Shown: positions 37,687 to 52,238 of the stretch, in pieces
Numbering within the stretch: position 1 is the first letter of the stretch
Layout: every line of letters starts with the position of its first letter
The notes under the pieces: generated by a model
The model's database searches: none
The model's input: the letters and a program-made list of their open reading frames with translations, nothing else
Told to the model about the DNA's origin: nothing
Program-made: the position numbers and the translations under genes
Source of the DNA: Antedon mediterranea
Lineage: Eukaryota > Animalia > Echinodermata
Assembly: GCF_964355755.1 (NCBI RefSeq)
Contig: NC_092680.1
Coordinates: 18,175,045-18,239,044, forward strand
Length of the DNA stretch: 64,000 nt
Direction of reading: 5' to 3'

Positions 37687-39309
37687 TTAGATGTTTATTG
37701 AGTTCTGAAAAAGAAGAGGAAAGAAACTAGTCACATTTCGCATGGTATCACATCAATCGTGCGAATGAGATTCAAACTTTCTAACTTGGAACTCGTTAAG
37801 TTTGTCACAAAGTTTTGTAGGCCTTAATATCTGTTATGAGGTTATTTTTAATGATGGTATCGATACAGATCTGTTTTCACAAACAACTTAACGTCACTGG
37901 GACGTTGGCTTACGTGAGAGTTAGGACAGATAAATCAATAATATTCTTTTATCTTTAATTCTTTTCTATTTTTGAATGTTAGGTGACGTAATGTGCCCGA
38001 GTACATGATTCACCATCATCATATTTTCCAGTCACTTTTGACCAGCTGTAGTTCATCGATGTATTAAAAGAGCCACTTTTTAAATAAATCCTTTATAATC
38101 CACAAAAACACGCTGTTTATCATCACGAAAACCATATTATTGTGATAATAACACGGTAATAAAGTGAACTTTGTACACGTAATGTACTTTTAATTCTGAT
38201 TCGTTTATCTTCCGCCTAAGCCCCTCTACTTGAAACAAATTCAACGGATGATGTTTAACACCGTTCCGGCAATCGTGACACACTTCTCGTAGGCCTAGCC
38301 TTAAGCCGATGTGGTTTTTTGTGAGCGTTGCATGATTTCCCTTTGGAGTTGGTAGCGACTGAATATGGCTGATTTTTATGTTTTGTAATTTACATGCCGG
38401 ATAAACTTGTCATATAGAAAGTACGCTCTAAAGTTTGCCTGTCTGAGATGTTAGCTTTCTATACAATTATAACGATAAAAAGACTTAAATTCAATAAGCA
38501 TTAGAGAAGAGAAACACAATGAATTGGGTAGGCTATAGTTAGCAATGTGATCCTCATTAAATATAAATTCACTTCTTTTGAATAACTTTCTTTAACCCAA
38601 CCAGAACAATGATTATGTGACGTTTGGTATTTAGGCAATCTTCACAACATATAGTAACATAGGTAAGTATCACATCAACAGTATCACATGTGACACGGAG
38701 AATCGAGTTGGTTTTTTAATTATTAGTAAGACCTAAAACATATTACACTCCCACCCCTTTCAAATTGGGTGAATATGTCACTTTAATGTCAATGTGATCA
38801 GAAATCGGATCGAAAAGAAATATTTACCTAGGCATACAAACAATTTAATTGTTTGTAGAAACTGGGTCGTCAATTAATATTTATTTATCTTTTATAAAGA
38901 AAATAATTGTTTGTTTGTTTGTTTAGTTTTTTCTGAAGTAAGTGAATAACTTTATTAAAACAATTATCTATTCAAAGTCTGATTTGGGGGACAACGCATC
39001 TTTATGATTCCATTTCTAAATACGTTTAAGTATAACATTATTTTAATCCGCTTACAACAAATAGAAAAATAAAAGGTTGTGGAGATTACACAGAGACACG
39101 TGACCAATAGTACCTACCGTCAATCATTGGTTAGAAGTTTGAATCATTTGAATTATCTATACAAGGCTAATAATAAAAAAGTATTGATGAGTTCTGAGTA
39201 AAATGTATTTCATAGATTATTAAATTAATTGTCATTGGAATTCACGGTTATACACACATTAACGGTAAAAAAATCGCTTCTTTAATCTAATATTATAAAA
39301 GAAGCGTAA

Positions 39310-39470
39310 AGCTCTGTATACACTATCAAACTACTTTGACAAAAAGTGTATGTGCTCAAATATGGTAGTGATACGGCCAAATATGGTAGTGATATGATAT
39401 CATCACGTCCATATATGGGCACATCACATTTTCTTTTTGTCACATAAAGTTTGATAGTGTAGACAGAGCT
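39310..39470. mobile_element. MITE family A, full length
   Basis: agctctgtatacactatcaaact...agtttgatagtgtagacagagct. Confidence 0.9.
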
Positions 39471-40731
39471 TTGCATTGATGCAGTACGGTAAATAGCAGA
39501 GAGGCTTATCCATGTCACGACATGCTCTACATTGAAATGGTTACTAAGAAGGTTTGAGACTATTAGAAGTAGGGTGTGGTGGGAAGGAGAGGAGGTACGG
39601 TACACGCTCTAGAGAGAGTACTCTTCTAGTAGTAAATTAATATACGAACAACAATTTCATCCACATCAAGTTCCCGTACATCAATTAACCTTCAACTTAA
39701 AACAGGGCCAGTATAAACAGTTGCAGAAAAGAATCAAATGCCTAATAATGTTGTTGTAACATTGTCACCTGGCGCGGGGGTCATGTACTTTAACAACTTA
39801 GTGACATTTACCATGGTCGCTTCACATCGTTCAAAGGACTGCACGTCCAGAATGCCCGCCCGCGGTACGTTAATTGAACTGGGAGGTGGTGAGAGGTGGG
39901 TCCTATAATTAATGTCCAGTTCGAAAGGAATATATTAAAAATTGTATCTATAATTGTTCGATAGTTGTTTATGTTACAAGTTAAATGTAGGCAACAAAAT
40001 AAGATGACGACAACGCAAATTTGTTGCAATTGAATAAAGTCTATATAAATCACCGACACGCGACTCTTTTTGGTAAAACGATTTAACGCGTAAAGAACAG
40101 CGACAAATGCAAGGTTGATATATTATATTAAATTAAGGTTAGGGGTGCCATGTAATCCTGTCCAGTGATGCCATAGGGCAGGTTAAAGGGAGCTTCGACA
40201 GGAATAGGAACGATTTGGCCTTATTCAAGGACCCGGATATTCGGATAAACACGATTCAAGTTGAACTTTGGTTGTACTTTTTAGTGATGTCTTTTCATGG
40301 ATTTCATTTCATAGAATGCTAAGTTAAACAGACTATACAAAACTAATCTAGGCTTAGTGTCAGATATTCGTAACTTGGTGGCACTAAGGCCTAGCGTTGC
40401 CTCTCTGTCTGATCCGTTACCTATATCGATATTATAAAGTTACTACCTTTTTAAAAAGTGCACTCAACTTTGTTGGCAATATAGGTTAACCTTTTTATTA
40501 TTTTTTGTTAACTTCATTTCCCATTTGACAGCAAGGTTACTGGCTGTCGAATTATGCTACTAAATGCAAGAGTGTGTTACCAGGTGAAACAAACGGACCC
40601 GGAATAGGTCTGCGTCGAATCAAGAAGTTACAAACAGGATAGTCTCACCCTACAGCAAACAATCGATCAATTTTCACGGCAGATTTGGACACACTCTGTG
40701 GCCAGTGCATTGTACATAGGGGGTGAGGTAG

Positions 40732-40868
40732 CAGTGGTGGATCCAGGATTTTTAAATGAAGTGCTGAATTCTTATCTTTGGATTACAATTTGTGATGTTT
40801 AGAGGGGTCCCGGACCGGCGGTTCCCCTCCTTGAATCCGCCCCTGGGTATGGTGGGGATCCGCCTCTG
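40732..40868. mobile_element. hAT-like MITE (CAGTGGTGGATCCAGG...GAATCCGCCCCTG) with duplicated right end
   Basis: CAG...CTG inverted ends, GC-rich in an AT-rich background. Confidence 0.6.
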
Positions 40869-40974
40869 GGTAGGGTGGGGATTCTCTTTTTGTGGGACTT
40901 GTGATTAAACTTTTATCACTCTTGATACTTACAAAATGATACCTAATAATTATAATAATTAATAGCCTAACTCA

Positions 40975-41160
40975 AAAGTAAGCCCACCCTATAAATCTTA
41001 TACAAACTTTTCTCCACTGATACCAACAAAACATTCTCGTATACCCATTCTAATATAGCCAGACGTGGAAGTAAGCCCACCCTATGAATTCTACACAAAC
41101 TTATCTCCACTGAAACCAACAAAACATTTGTACCCACTCTAATATAGCCAGACTTGGAAC
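40975..41160. repeat. ~93-bp direct tandem duplication
   Basis: aagtaagcccaccctat...tctaatatagccagac occurs twice. Confidence 0.85.
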
Positions 41161-41182
41161 AACGCTGTATATATAAATGAGA

Positions 41183-41237
<55 letters not shown>

Positions 41238-42879
41238 GTAATAATATACAGTAGGCATATATCATTAAAACGTTCCCAATCCTGATTGGAAAGGGGGTGT
41301 AATAATATAGGCATATTCGCCTTTGAATTTAAGCTACACTCCGGGCCACTGTTAAATTGTTAGTTTCATTTCAGGTCTGATAATCAAAATCGTCAGTATG
41401 ACTACTTTTCGCATATTCTAATAATTAAATCTTAATGGTGATAGCTTTTTTAACTCGTTTTAAAAATATGGAAATTATGATTGATCCTGCCAAAAGAATA
41501 TTTGTTTCTTTAGAACGATACGTATATACTAGTGTGTTGTACTGTCAATTTAAAAGGCCTTAATGATAGTTAAATCGGGGTTAACGGGAATTAAATCCTC
41601 TAACGATGTTGAAAACGATAAGAAATTGGGATCACAGATAAGCAGAAAAAAAGAGACAATTCACCCTGGATTATGTCTTTAATAACAAGATCAATATGTC
41701 TAACTTATATCGTCTGCAAACCGTCAAATGAATACGTACGTCAAACGTGTCAATCATCTCAAAACCATGGCAACACAGCCACAAAACAAAATGAAAAGGG
41801 TCAGTGAAGGTCAAAATCACCAGCAATCGGATGTGAAAAGCGTGCTTGTCAAAAAGTCAATTGTAGCAATTTGTTTTCAGATATTTAAGAAAGTGCGGTA
41901 TCGCCGAATTAGACATGCGGTCACAAAACGTCGTCGCGGCGCACCGCCGGCCGTCCGCCCGTACACAGTGTAGCCTATGATCAACCTACTCGAAATAGAG
42001 AAACATGCGGGATTTTTTAAACCGTCTAATTAACTATTTACCGGTAGTCTTGTCTTCCGCCGCCTGACATTCATACAGATTTTAACCAATAGCCAAATTT
42101 TCCGGGAATATCACCTATATATAAAAATATAGGCTATATTTTAAAAATTGGTGGTGAATATAAAAATTCAATAATTTAATTCCGGTTATTTTGATACCTA
42201 AATACAGCGTTCATTCCACTCTCCGGGGTGATTCAAATGTCGTTCAAAGAAAACAGTAGACTTTTGGTTGTTTTGATACCCAACTACCCCCAGTCATAAT
42301 AATACTGTACGACTTTTGTCAATGCCATGATTTAGGCTATACACACTGTGCGTGTCATTCACAACCGTGAGAGAATCCGTAAGCATGGGAATGAGTGAGA
42401 TATTGCACGCTTTAACACCTCAACATTCAAATCTGTGAAAACTGCTGTTATTTATGCACCAAAGTCGGACATTTCCACACTAAACTGCACTGTTGTAGGG
42501 GTTACCAGCCAAGGTCACACAAGGAAAGACAAAACGTATTTAGATAATACTGATGTATTTCTGTAGTATTAATAGTTTCTCATGGACAGGTAGACAGGAC
42601 GGACATTAATGCATCGATATTTCAGAAGTACAGTAATCTTACTGAGGATCATTTTTATACCAGAGTAAAAATAGATAGGGAGTATAAAAATAAACTAGCA
42701 AAAAACGAATCAATAGATTCTAACACCATAAACAGTACGGTACAAAAATAAATAACAATCCCACCTACTATGCATGATACGGTCATAATAGTTAGCCTAA
42801 CTTAAACACATTGTTTGTTGGTACCATAATCGTTTTAATTTAAAGTATTGACTAAAACGTGAAATCAAAAGCTTTTAAA

Positions 42880-43012
42880 CCTTGTCTACACTCTATGTGA
42901 CAACAAATGTGATTTGCCTATAGGCCTATGGACATGATGATGTCATACCACTACCATATTTGGGCACATCACACTTGTGTTGTCAAACTAGTTTGATAGT
43001 GTAGACAGACCT
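42880..43012. mobile_element. MITE family A
   Basis: tgtctacact...aaactagtttgatagtgtagacagac. Confidence 0.8.
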
Positions 43013-44014
43013 TAAAACTCATTTAAATAATTATGTTGCTACCTGTGATTGTGATAATATAGACCAATCGAGATTTGAACCATTCATCAGGACGGGTTAA
43101 GCTTCGTTCATACTTGGACGCAACGGGCGGGAACCGAGCTTTAGGAGATCCGCACAAACGATCCGTTCGTTCGTGCGCTTGTGAAAGTATTTTGTTTGGA
43201 ATGCTACCGTTACCCTTTTTGACGGTCAAAATAATATGTGTACATTTCATAATTCAAAGTGTAGAACGATCAATTTTAAAGTTTCGATTCAAGTTTTTAA
43301 AATTACATAAGAAATAGTGTTAATAAAAACCAACTAAAACGCTTTCTGATATTTTGTCCTTATTGGTTTTGAGCCTGGACCAGTGCGTTCTACGGACAAA
43401 ACAAGTCCGCAGTGCACCTAGATATACCCAGAATAGTGCACGCATGGTAGGCAATTCCAAATCAGTGGTCTGGAAAACAATGTATCGAAATCCCACGTTT
43501 CCCAGGCACCCGGTACTATAATGTAAACACAAACTGGTCAATTAAACAAATCGCAGTACGTGGTTGTTTTTGTAGTTAAGGCCTAAATAGGCTCCTAAAT
43601 CGATCTCTTTGTAGTTAGAAAGTATAACTTAACACTAGCCTACACGTCATGTAACCGTATTTTAAGATAGAATCAGATTGAATTTGCAAAGTACAGTGAC
43701 CGGGTATTATGTTAAAAGACTTTTTTTTTTTAAAGGAAAAGGTACATTTTGTCATGTTTACCTTTACTCTAAACAAAGCGATAGTTGTTTGTTGTTTATT
43801 TCCTGTTTGCATCGAATCGTGGAGTGATTTGCGAATATAAGAGCAGCCATTTATTGTGTGGAAATGATTACTATGAAACTGAAATGATTTTCATTTTTTA
43901 TGTTAAAGTGAATAACTTTTTATTGATTAACATTTTGAAGCATGTATATAAAATATGATATAAGAGAATGGTGGATAATGTAACCAACATTCTTCACATT
44001 ACCAATTTGACACA

Positions 44015-44305
44015 TGCTAGACGTTCGACTACTGATCGTGAGATTGAGGTTCGAATCCAACTCTCGCCGCATTGCTTGTATCCTTAGGCAAGATACTGTA
44101 CTTGCGTTTGCTTCTCTCCACCCAGGTGTATAATTGGGAACCCGGTTAGATCAAGAAACAACTTTGCGTTGATTACTAGCTGCATTATGGAAGTATGTTT
44201 CCATACGTGTTTGATCCCAAAAAATGACTGGGGTAATAATGTTCAGCGCTTAGAGGTTTAACAACATTAGGCACTATATAAATCTAGGATATTGTTATTA
44301 TTATT
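44015..44305 (+). mobile_element. tRNA-derived SINE with conserved core and L2-type tail
   Basis: B box GGTTCGAATCC; core tgtatccttaggcaagatac...tctctccacccaggtgtataattggg; tail agcgcttagag...gcactatataaat...ttattatta. Confidence 0.8.
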
Positions 44306-44586
44306 AGGCCTATATCCATATTTCATAATTCATTGTAAAAATCAAGTAAAAATACATTGTAAACTATCGTTTTGTTATTATTTTTATATCATTATTAATA
44401 AATACAAGTGTACATGTTGTATTCAATATCAGAAATACTAAATGATCATCGTTTACAAAGGTTGAAACTGGAGAAAAAATAATTGAAAACACATTGTTGG
44501 ATGAGGTAGAAAATGCATCCCATTTTGATATGCTCAGTACACAATCAACCAAATCAAAATTGTGCCTTTTACTTACGTAAGCGTTA

Positions 44587-44730
44587 AGCTCTGTCTACAC
44601 TATCACACTTTATGTGATATTATGGAAATGATGATATCATATCACTACCATATTTTGGGCATATTACTATACCATATTTGGGCACATCACACTTTTTTTG
44701 TCAAACTAGTTTGATAGTGTAGACCGAGCT
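44587..44730. mobile_element. MITE family A, full length
   Basis: agctctgtctacactatc...gatagtgtagaccgagct. Confidence 0.9.
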
Positions 44731-45330
44731 GTAAACATAAACGAAATGAGTTTCAACAGAACTTTGGCACTCCATATTTCTGTTATTTTAACATTTGATT
44801 TTCTGTCTTGTTGTTAGAGCATGACAATTAATGTAATTATTCAACTACATAGACTTAAGTCCCTTTATATCCTCAAGTGTAAAATGCAAGTAAATTGTAA
44901 GTGAGGATGATGATAGGTAACACTGATTTTATGAACTCAGTCCAAGCCATATTCCTCCGAGAACGTCTCAAACTTTCAGACGGGATGAAGTTTGGTTAGT
45001 AGTGTATTCAACTTCATAGATAACAAATCGTCTGTAAAAGTTAAACCGCTGTCTGAGAAGTGGGCTAGACCGAGATTCAACGAAATAAACTCTATAACGA
45101 AATAGTTCCTTCAATTTTACACACACAGTTAGTGAGCTGATTTTGTTAAAAGTTCAGTTCTTTTAATTGTGATACAATAGACCTATGGCTTGCAATGATC
45201 GATCGTGTTTTCGGACGTGATAAAAATGCATAAAATTTGTCTAGCTTTCCTTCATAAACATTATACATTCTGTGCCTATAGTAAACAAACTAGTTGCTGT
45301 TCAGACCTGTATTGAAGATTAGAATCATAA

Positions 45331-45741
45331 AGCACTGTCTACACTATCAAACTAGATGTGCCCAAATATGGTAGTGACATGACATCACCATGTCCATATA
45401 TGGCCACATCACAATTTTTTTTGTCACGAAGTGTGATAGTTAGGACAGAGCTTTATATTATATTGACGCTTTACAAGCGTTCAGCGCGTTCTAAATGCGT
45501 CATTATTTTTGAAGGAAGAATTGGTGCGTTAACTGTAATATAAATAATAAACTAATATTTAATCGGACTGATACGTAAAGCTCTGTTTACACATCAAACT
45601 GTATGTGACATGTGATGTGATGTATCCATATATGGACATGATGATATCATATCACTACCATATTTAAGCATATCACTACCATATTTGGGCACATCACACT
45701 TTTTTTTGTCAAACTTGTTTAATAGTGCAGTAGACAAAACT
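45331..45741. mobile_element. Two adjacent MITE family A copies (45331-45452 and 45579-45741) in opposite orientations
   Basis: TIRs and internal repeats recognisable in both. Confidence 0.85.
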
Positions 45742-46054
45742 TTAGGATGTATTTTGTGAACTATTAAAGATAGTATAATTCGTTTGTAAATATGATATGC
45801 TTTTCTTATTCATTAAATTATACGCTTTAACTTTTTGACTGCCTTAACATAAGTCATTCATTTCCGTCGCCTCTAAAATGTTTTAGAAATGTATATTTAT
45901 AAATTACGACTGTGCAATAGACAATTTAAATTTTAGACGAATGGGAGATTGGTCAGTGAAATCAGACGATTACATCGAATGTTGGGTAGACAATCTGATT
46001 TGAACGTTGAGTACGTATATTAATAACTGTTGGAACGATATTGTTAAAAACCCT

Positions 46055-46420
46055 CACATTTACGTCACAAAATATACAGCTGCATTATCAATAATTATCA
46101 ATAATAATCAATAATTATTGATAGTTTTATTATAAATTAAAGACATAATAACAAAAGAAAGTTAAAGAAAGAAAATTAAATACAAAAACGTTTTTAAAAA
46201 TAATATTTGGTGGAAAATACTAAATAAAACATTTACGTCACAAAATAAACAGCTGCATTATAAATTATTAATAATTATTATTATCAATAATAATCAATAT
46301 TTATTAATAGTTTACGTATAAATTCAACACACAATACAAAACAAAGTTAAATCTAATATTTAATAAATAATTAATTAATAAACCGATTTTTAAAATAAAA
46401 TTTGGTGAAAAATACTAAAT
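46055..46420. repeat. ~170-bp degenerate tandem duplication
   Basis: acatttacgtcacaaaata...cagctgcatta...tttggtg.aaaatactaaataaa occurs twice. Confidence 0.8.
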
Positions 46421-47223
46421 AAATGTGTTAACATTTGAGTCACATCAATGTACAACTTGGCTTAATCTGCTTATGCTGTGATGGTATGTTTTGTATTTAT
46501 ATTATTTTGAATAAATTAACGAAAAGAAACCAGGTGTCAAAATTGAATTTTGGTTAAGTTATTTTTTAAAAGGATGAATATAATTTGAAGAGAAACTCTA
46601 AACAAAACTAATTAATTTGCACAAACATTATTGAATTAAAACAGAACGTTTAAAAGAGGCAATCAACATCAAAAGCTAATAAATAAAAAATGAACAAAAT
46701 AAACATAGGCCTAATGGTATCCTTTTCTTATTGTGAAGACAACGTCAACATGGTATGCGTATCGCTGCACGTACGCACTCTATATGACGTTTCTCCACAA
46801 ACGTGATAGGCCTACGTTTAATTAGAAATTAAATCATTAAAAGATACTTTTAAAAATTGCCCGAAGAACTGGAAAAACAACTATTTATAAAGTGATCGAC
46901 GGGTTCGGTTATCTTTTTCCGTTTTGTGATCTGTTGTTGGCAGTTTGCACTTTTTATTCGTTGAAGTTGAAAGTAAAATTAAACAAATACTGTCAGTTTT
47001 GTTGACGGTACTATTTTGGTGTCAACTATCCGCCTCAATTTGTTTCGCGGCCGCCCATAAAACAACTTTGAAAGAAAGTCGGCAAATTTCGGTAATTTTG
47101 CCGTTTAAATAATTTATTGTTGCATTTTCCAAGATTTAGTTTCCATAGCGAGTGAATTTAATCAATTACTGGATACATTGCCTTATCTTGTGTTCCTTCC
47201 CCAACAGATTTTGCCGTGTTTAA

Positions 47224-47549
47224 AGATGTATTGTCCCCCAAAAACATGAAAAATGAAGATTAATTCAATCAGACTTTAAATATGTTATTTTGTAGTTTTA
47301 ATAAAAAGTTAATCACTTCCATAGAAAATAAAATAATGTTTTCCTATAAATTGACAAAATAAATGGTTAAATACAACCAAAAACCTACTGGCTGGCAGCC
47401 AATTTTTGCTTTAAATTACAGTTTTTCAGGTAAATACATTTTTTTTCGATCCAATTTTTGGTCAAAGTGGATAACTATTATGTGATATTAAAATGGCATA
47501 TTCAATAACATTTTTTAATTAGTTTTTCAGGGGGACATGTAATACATAT
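47224..47549. mobile_element. MITE family C (Kolobok-like)
   Basis: TTAA|agatgtattgtccccc...gggggaca(tgta)atacatat|TTAA. Confidence 0.75.
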
Positions 47550-49671
47550 TTAATGGTTAAATGGATAATTAAATTTGTATAGCGCATAATATAGTCTATG
47601 CGTTGTGGACTTAACCAGCAAACAATACACTTTCAACCACTTATTACCGTAACGTTACATATTCTTACTTATACTTATTTTTGTGCGTGTCTCGCCCCCC
47701 CCCCCCCCCCCCCCCCTCCACCACTAAAATGTGCGAGACATAACTTTTCTGCATTCATTGATTCGGTTCGTTTTTTGTCGGCTTTTCCCCTCCATACAAT
47801 CTATTTAATTTTGCAGGACGTTAGTCGCATCGACTAATCTTAATATTATCTTGAAGTCATTGACCTTGCTTATGGCGTAATTGGAGTGACAGATATAATA
47901 TACGCAATAATGAATTCAAAATGATTTAATAAAAGGAAAAGTATTACTTCGATAGTACCCTGCCTTTGATGACCAATCTATTAAAAACGTCTCTTTCATT
48001 TAAAAAAGCTTACACTTGACTTAGCCTACACTTAGAAGTTTAAGGATACTTAAACAAAAGATCACAGCCGCAGTCAATTTCGGCCGAACTGACTGACTGG
48101 CTAAAATAATTTCTTCGTTTGTACATGACTAGGCCTTATGGCATTGTATGTTTTTAATGATTTTAATAACTTTGTAAAATGTAAATCTATATTTGCATTG
48201 TAAGTTTATTCCAGTTTTAAAAACTATTAGTAATTGTATGCGATCAATTGATTTCCCAATTATGGGATCAAAATTACACTGAATATATTTTTACTGATTT
48301 GATTCAGTCTGTAAAAAACCTATTCTGCCATCACAACACAAAACGTACGTTTAAATGAAAGAAATACAAATCTGAAGAGGTAACGAATAATAATAATGAG
48401 AACCTCTTTCTGAAATTGAATATCGTACAGAAATATCGTGCAAATATTTGTGACGTTTCAGTTGCAAGCAGAAACAAAGAAAAGCAGAACATTGTGGGGT
48501 TTCGGGCCGCGATTTTTCTTTTCGTACATTATTTGATTACGATCAATCGGGAAATTACCTCACGAAGACTTGCATCCATTTTTTGAGAAAGTGTGTCTTT
48601 AAAGTGAATATAAAAACATATATTTAAAACATTTTGAGACCAAAATTAATTATCTGTGACTAGTGGTTCTCGAGATATAGGGTAATTATAAAAAATGGCC
48701 GCCATTTTTAATTATGCAAATTAAGGGCTTAGATGGCCGAATTTCGCTTGGGATCCGCCATATTCGTAATCAGCGAGGTCGAAATATCCTAAATCAAGTG
48801 GATCACAGCTTCTACCCAAAAATGCTTCTTACACCATATTTCAGAGGAAAAAGAACTTGTCTAGGTTTCGGGCCGCGATTTTTCTTTTCGTACATTATTT
48901 GGGAACCCTTATATTTTAAATGCTCATATTTATATTCTTTGATACGAGGTTTTGAAGGTACTTGGTAATGGTAATCGAAACAAAATCAATGTGAATTCCA
49001 AAAAAAAAAAAGGTTTTTTAATATTTAAAAATATTTATTTAAAAACTGAGTTTTATTATTTAATATTTTATTTATTATTTTTCCAATTATACATATAACC
49101 TCGAAATGCCAAACAAATTAAAAGGCATCGTGATTTTGCGTCCTCGATGCTTTAAAATGATTTGGTGTAAAATACGAGTATTAGGCTTATTCAACATTTG
49201 GACAGAATACAACGATATTATCAATCTTTCTTTAATTAAAGGCGTGTTAGAACCGGCGTTTCGAAACATTTCCAAAAGTACAGATATGTTCGTAAATTCG
49301 CCTCTGGACGTGCTAGTGCGTTATCAATATACAGAGTTTAATCACCGTTTTTAACCTTTGCTGGTAGGGAAAAAAAGTACAATTACTATAAAGAAATTCA
49401 GACATCTTAGAACTAATTTCAAATCATATCTCAGCACAATGTTATCATGAATCAACAGCAAGTATACAGTAGATGATGCAATCTGTCTAATTACTAGCAG
49501 GACAATACAGGAATGTCACCATATTGAACTTTGTATATCACAATAATACAATAACACAATTAATAATTCAATATACTCTACGTGGTAGATAAATATGTTG
49601 AAATATGTTCTTGAGAGTCTTGATTTTTCATTTATAAAAAAAATTAATCAAAAAGGCAAGTTACTTAACGA

Positions 49672-49821
49672 ATGACAATGCTGTGGGTATCAGTGGCTGG
49701 ATCTCAATGGAGACAATGGAGATACAAAAACAAAGCAAAAGCTAAATCAAAACGATAAAGAAAACAGCCAGAAAAGTTAGCAGAGCTTTCGGGCAACACT
49801 AGCCCTTCATCAGTGCAAGTG
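49672..49821 (-). mobile_element. Penelope-like terminal repeat, best-preserved hammerhead copy (~49778-49818)
   Basis: TTGCA-CTGATGA-A-GGGC TAGTGTT GCCC-GAAAGCTC-TGCTAA. Confidence 0.8.
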
Positions 49822-50539
49822 GCAAATAATGGATTATAATATATTAATATGAGGCGGAACACCTAATTTTTTAGGGGAAAATAGATTCGGTTCGGTACAG
49901 TACTATTAATATTTTTATTATTAATTATAAATATGTATGCCTATTAATAATATAATTTTAAATTCAGATCAATAAATTAATAATAATTGTTATCATTATT
50001 AATAATGTATTATTAATTCACAAATTACATAAAATATATGCTCTAAACGGTTCAGGAAAAGAGAAATATGTTGATGCCAATTACCCATAACCCGTAAAAA
50101 ACACCTTTATTATAAAAAATTGGCTTAAAATTAGGGCTATTGTTTGCTTGTTTCTAGTGTTACATTGCTACAATGAAAAACATTTATAGCAAGCTATTAG
50201 TCGGCTAGTCGATCATAAAGTTCACCTGTACTTTTTTTTTATCAGATATTATTTGAACACGGGGTTAAGCGTATTAGGTGAAGATGACACTGTGTTTGAA
50301 TAAAAAACAGAATTTGGTTAACTGCACGCAAGGACAGATTAACAATAGAAAAAAGGATAGTCCTATTCAAGTGTTTATCATTGATGGCTTACGTAGAGAT
50401 CAACGTTGTTTTGCGGATTATAACATGGATATATACATAAGTACATTAACCTTCTAAAACCGCTTTTTTATATTATCGTGAATGTTGCTGATTCATGGAA
50501 ATAGCTTCCCTCATATAATATGTAACATTTAACATAACA

Positions 50540-50870
50540 TGTATAGCGCCCACGAAAAGCTCATAATGCAATGCGGCGTTTCATACTCTCATAACATTGG
50601 TTAAAATAAACAGTTTTTAAATGTTTTTTTAAACTGATAATAGTCGAACAGTAGCTTGGATCGTGTTGGTTCAACACGTTTCTATCTCTCTATAGCGCAC
50701 ATTTCTATGAAAAGCTCATACTCAGCGGCAATTCATATACTACTCTCATAAAATTGGTTAAAATAAGAGTTTTTACTGTTTTTTAACTGATAATATTCAT
50801 TCAATTAATGTTTAATGCAACTTTGTAACAGTAGCTTGTATCGTGTTGGTTCAACACGTTTCTATCTTTA
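50540..50870. repeat. ~150-180 bp tandem duplication
   Basis: gaaaagctcata...ttggttaaaataa...aacagtagcttg.atcgtgttggttcaacacgtttctatct occurs twice. Confidence 0.8.
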
Positions 50871-51984
50871 GAATATTTTGTATGATCTATTCTACAAGTC
50901 AACTATGCTGTAAAGATTGTTCGGGTTTAAATAAAAAAATAATTTAGATGTACCGGTATACTACCACAACATTGCAATTGGTAATAACACTTTTTTCGTG
51001 AAAGAGTGTTTTGAAGAGGTAAACAAGTAGGGTATTAAGTGGGCAACTTAAATCTGTCTCTCCACCTTCCCTCCTTTTGCTTATTTCGTAAAATTGTAAT
51101 ATTGTATTCTCAAATTTTAATCGAGTGTACTTACATTAGACTGAACTTATAGTAATACCTATTGTATATCCGGTACAATTCCTTTGTCCTGTTGATACCT
51201 ATAATATTTATAATAAATCAAATTGTAAATTCATTTTCTGTTCTCAACAACTGAAGCGTTTTCAGGAATTTACAAAAATAAAAGTTGTTTATTAATATAA
51301 TATTTGTTATATAATCCTAGCTTTAAAAAAAAGTACACCTTGGAATAGTTTTGTGATGCCAGATTTTGTTTAGCCTTCACATTGGACGGAAATACCAGTT
51401 TTCGAATTGTCTCTAGCATTAAAGGTGATTGTGACAGAAGATTATGTCATCCATAAGTTCATATATATCCACGTCGGCTGCGAAAGTACAAGTCACCTCA
51501 CGCGCTTCAGTGCAAACAAAATAGCTTAAAATAAATGTATTTAAACAGACTTTAACCTGATTTCAAAACGAAGACAAAACGAACAAACAAACAGAACTTG
51601 TTTGTGTGTACTCACGAACATTTCATTGAGGATAGTAGTAGTAGATTAACATGAACTTTTCACCTCCAAAGATTTTTACTTACGCCAACATAACGAAAAT
51701 GTGGCCGACATCCGATGCTGGATTGTCTTTTAGCTCCGGGGAATTAGAGTACGAGTATTCATAGCGTATCCATCGGGGGTTCTTATTGAATACGGATAGT
51801 GCCCTGTCCTCCTTACTACAATTACAGCATCAATTAAAACACCCTAACACACCACCCTAGATCGATAATCAGGTTCATTGTAAACTAGATCATTTCTTGT
51901 GTTTCAGTGATTAAACGAATAAATTACTGCTCTGGATTTTTAGTTAGACCGCCTATTATTAATGTAATGTTGTACTGTTGTTCG

Positions 51985-52238
51985 ATTTACGCTTATACAA
52001 TCAAAAGATTGTCCCAAAGCGCTGAGAGAAAAACAGAAAGAAATTACAAAGAACAAAGATGGGTTTTGAAGAGTGTTTTGAAAACTATGATAGAGGATGC
52101 ATTTTTAATAGGATGAGGAAGATTGTTCAACAGTTTAGGAGCTGCAACTGCAAAAGCTCGATCACCATAGGTCTTAAGGCGGCTGGGTGGAACAAAAAGT
52201 GCAGATGGATTAGTGGTTGACCTAGAGATCTTTTGCAA
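51985..52238 (-). mobile_element. L2 LINE 3' end
   Basis: LFVPPSRLKTYGDRAFAVAAPKLLNNLP...FKTLFKTHL, a typical L2 C-terminus, followed by the agcgcttt...taagcg tail. Confidence 0.9.

Noticed and set aside
47695-47716. Poly-proline ORF
   Set aside because: Poly-C homopolymer; a similar run lies at 27172-27187
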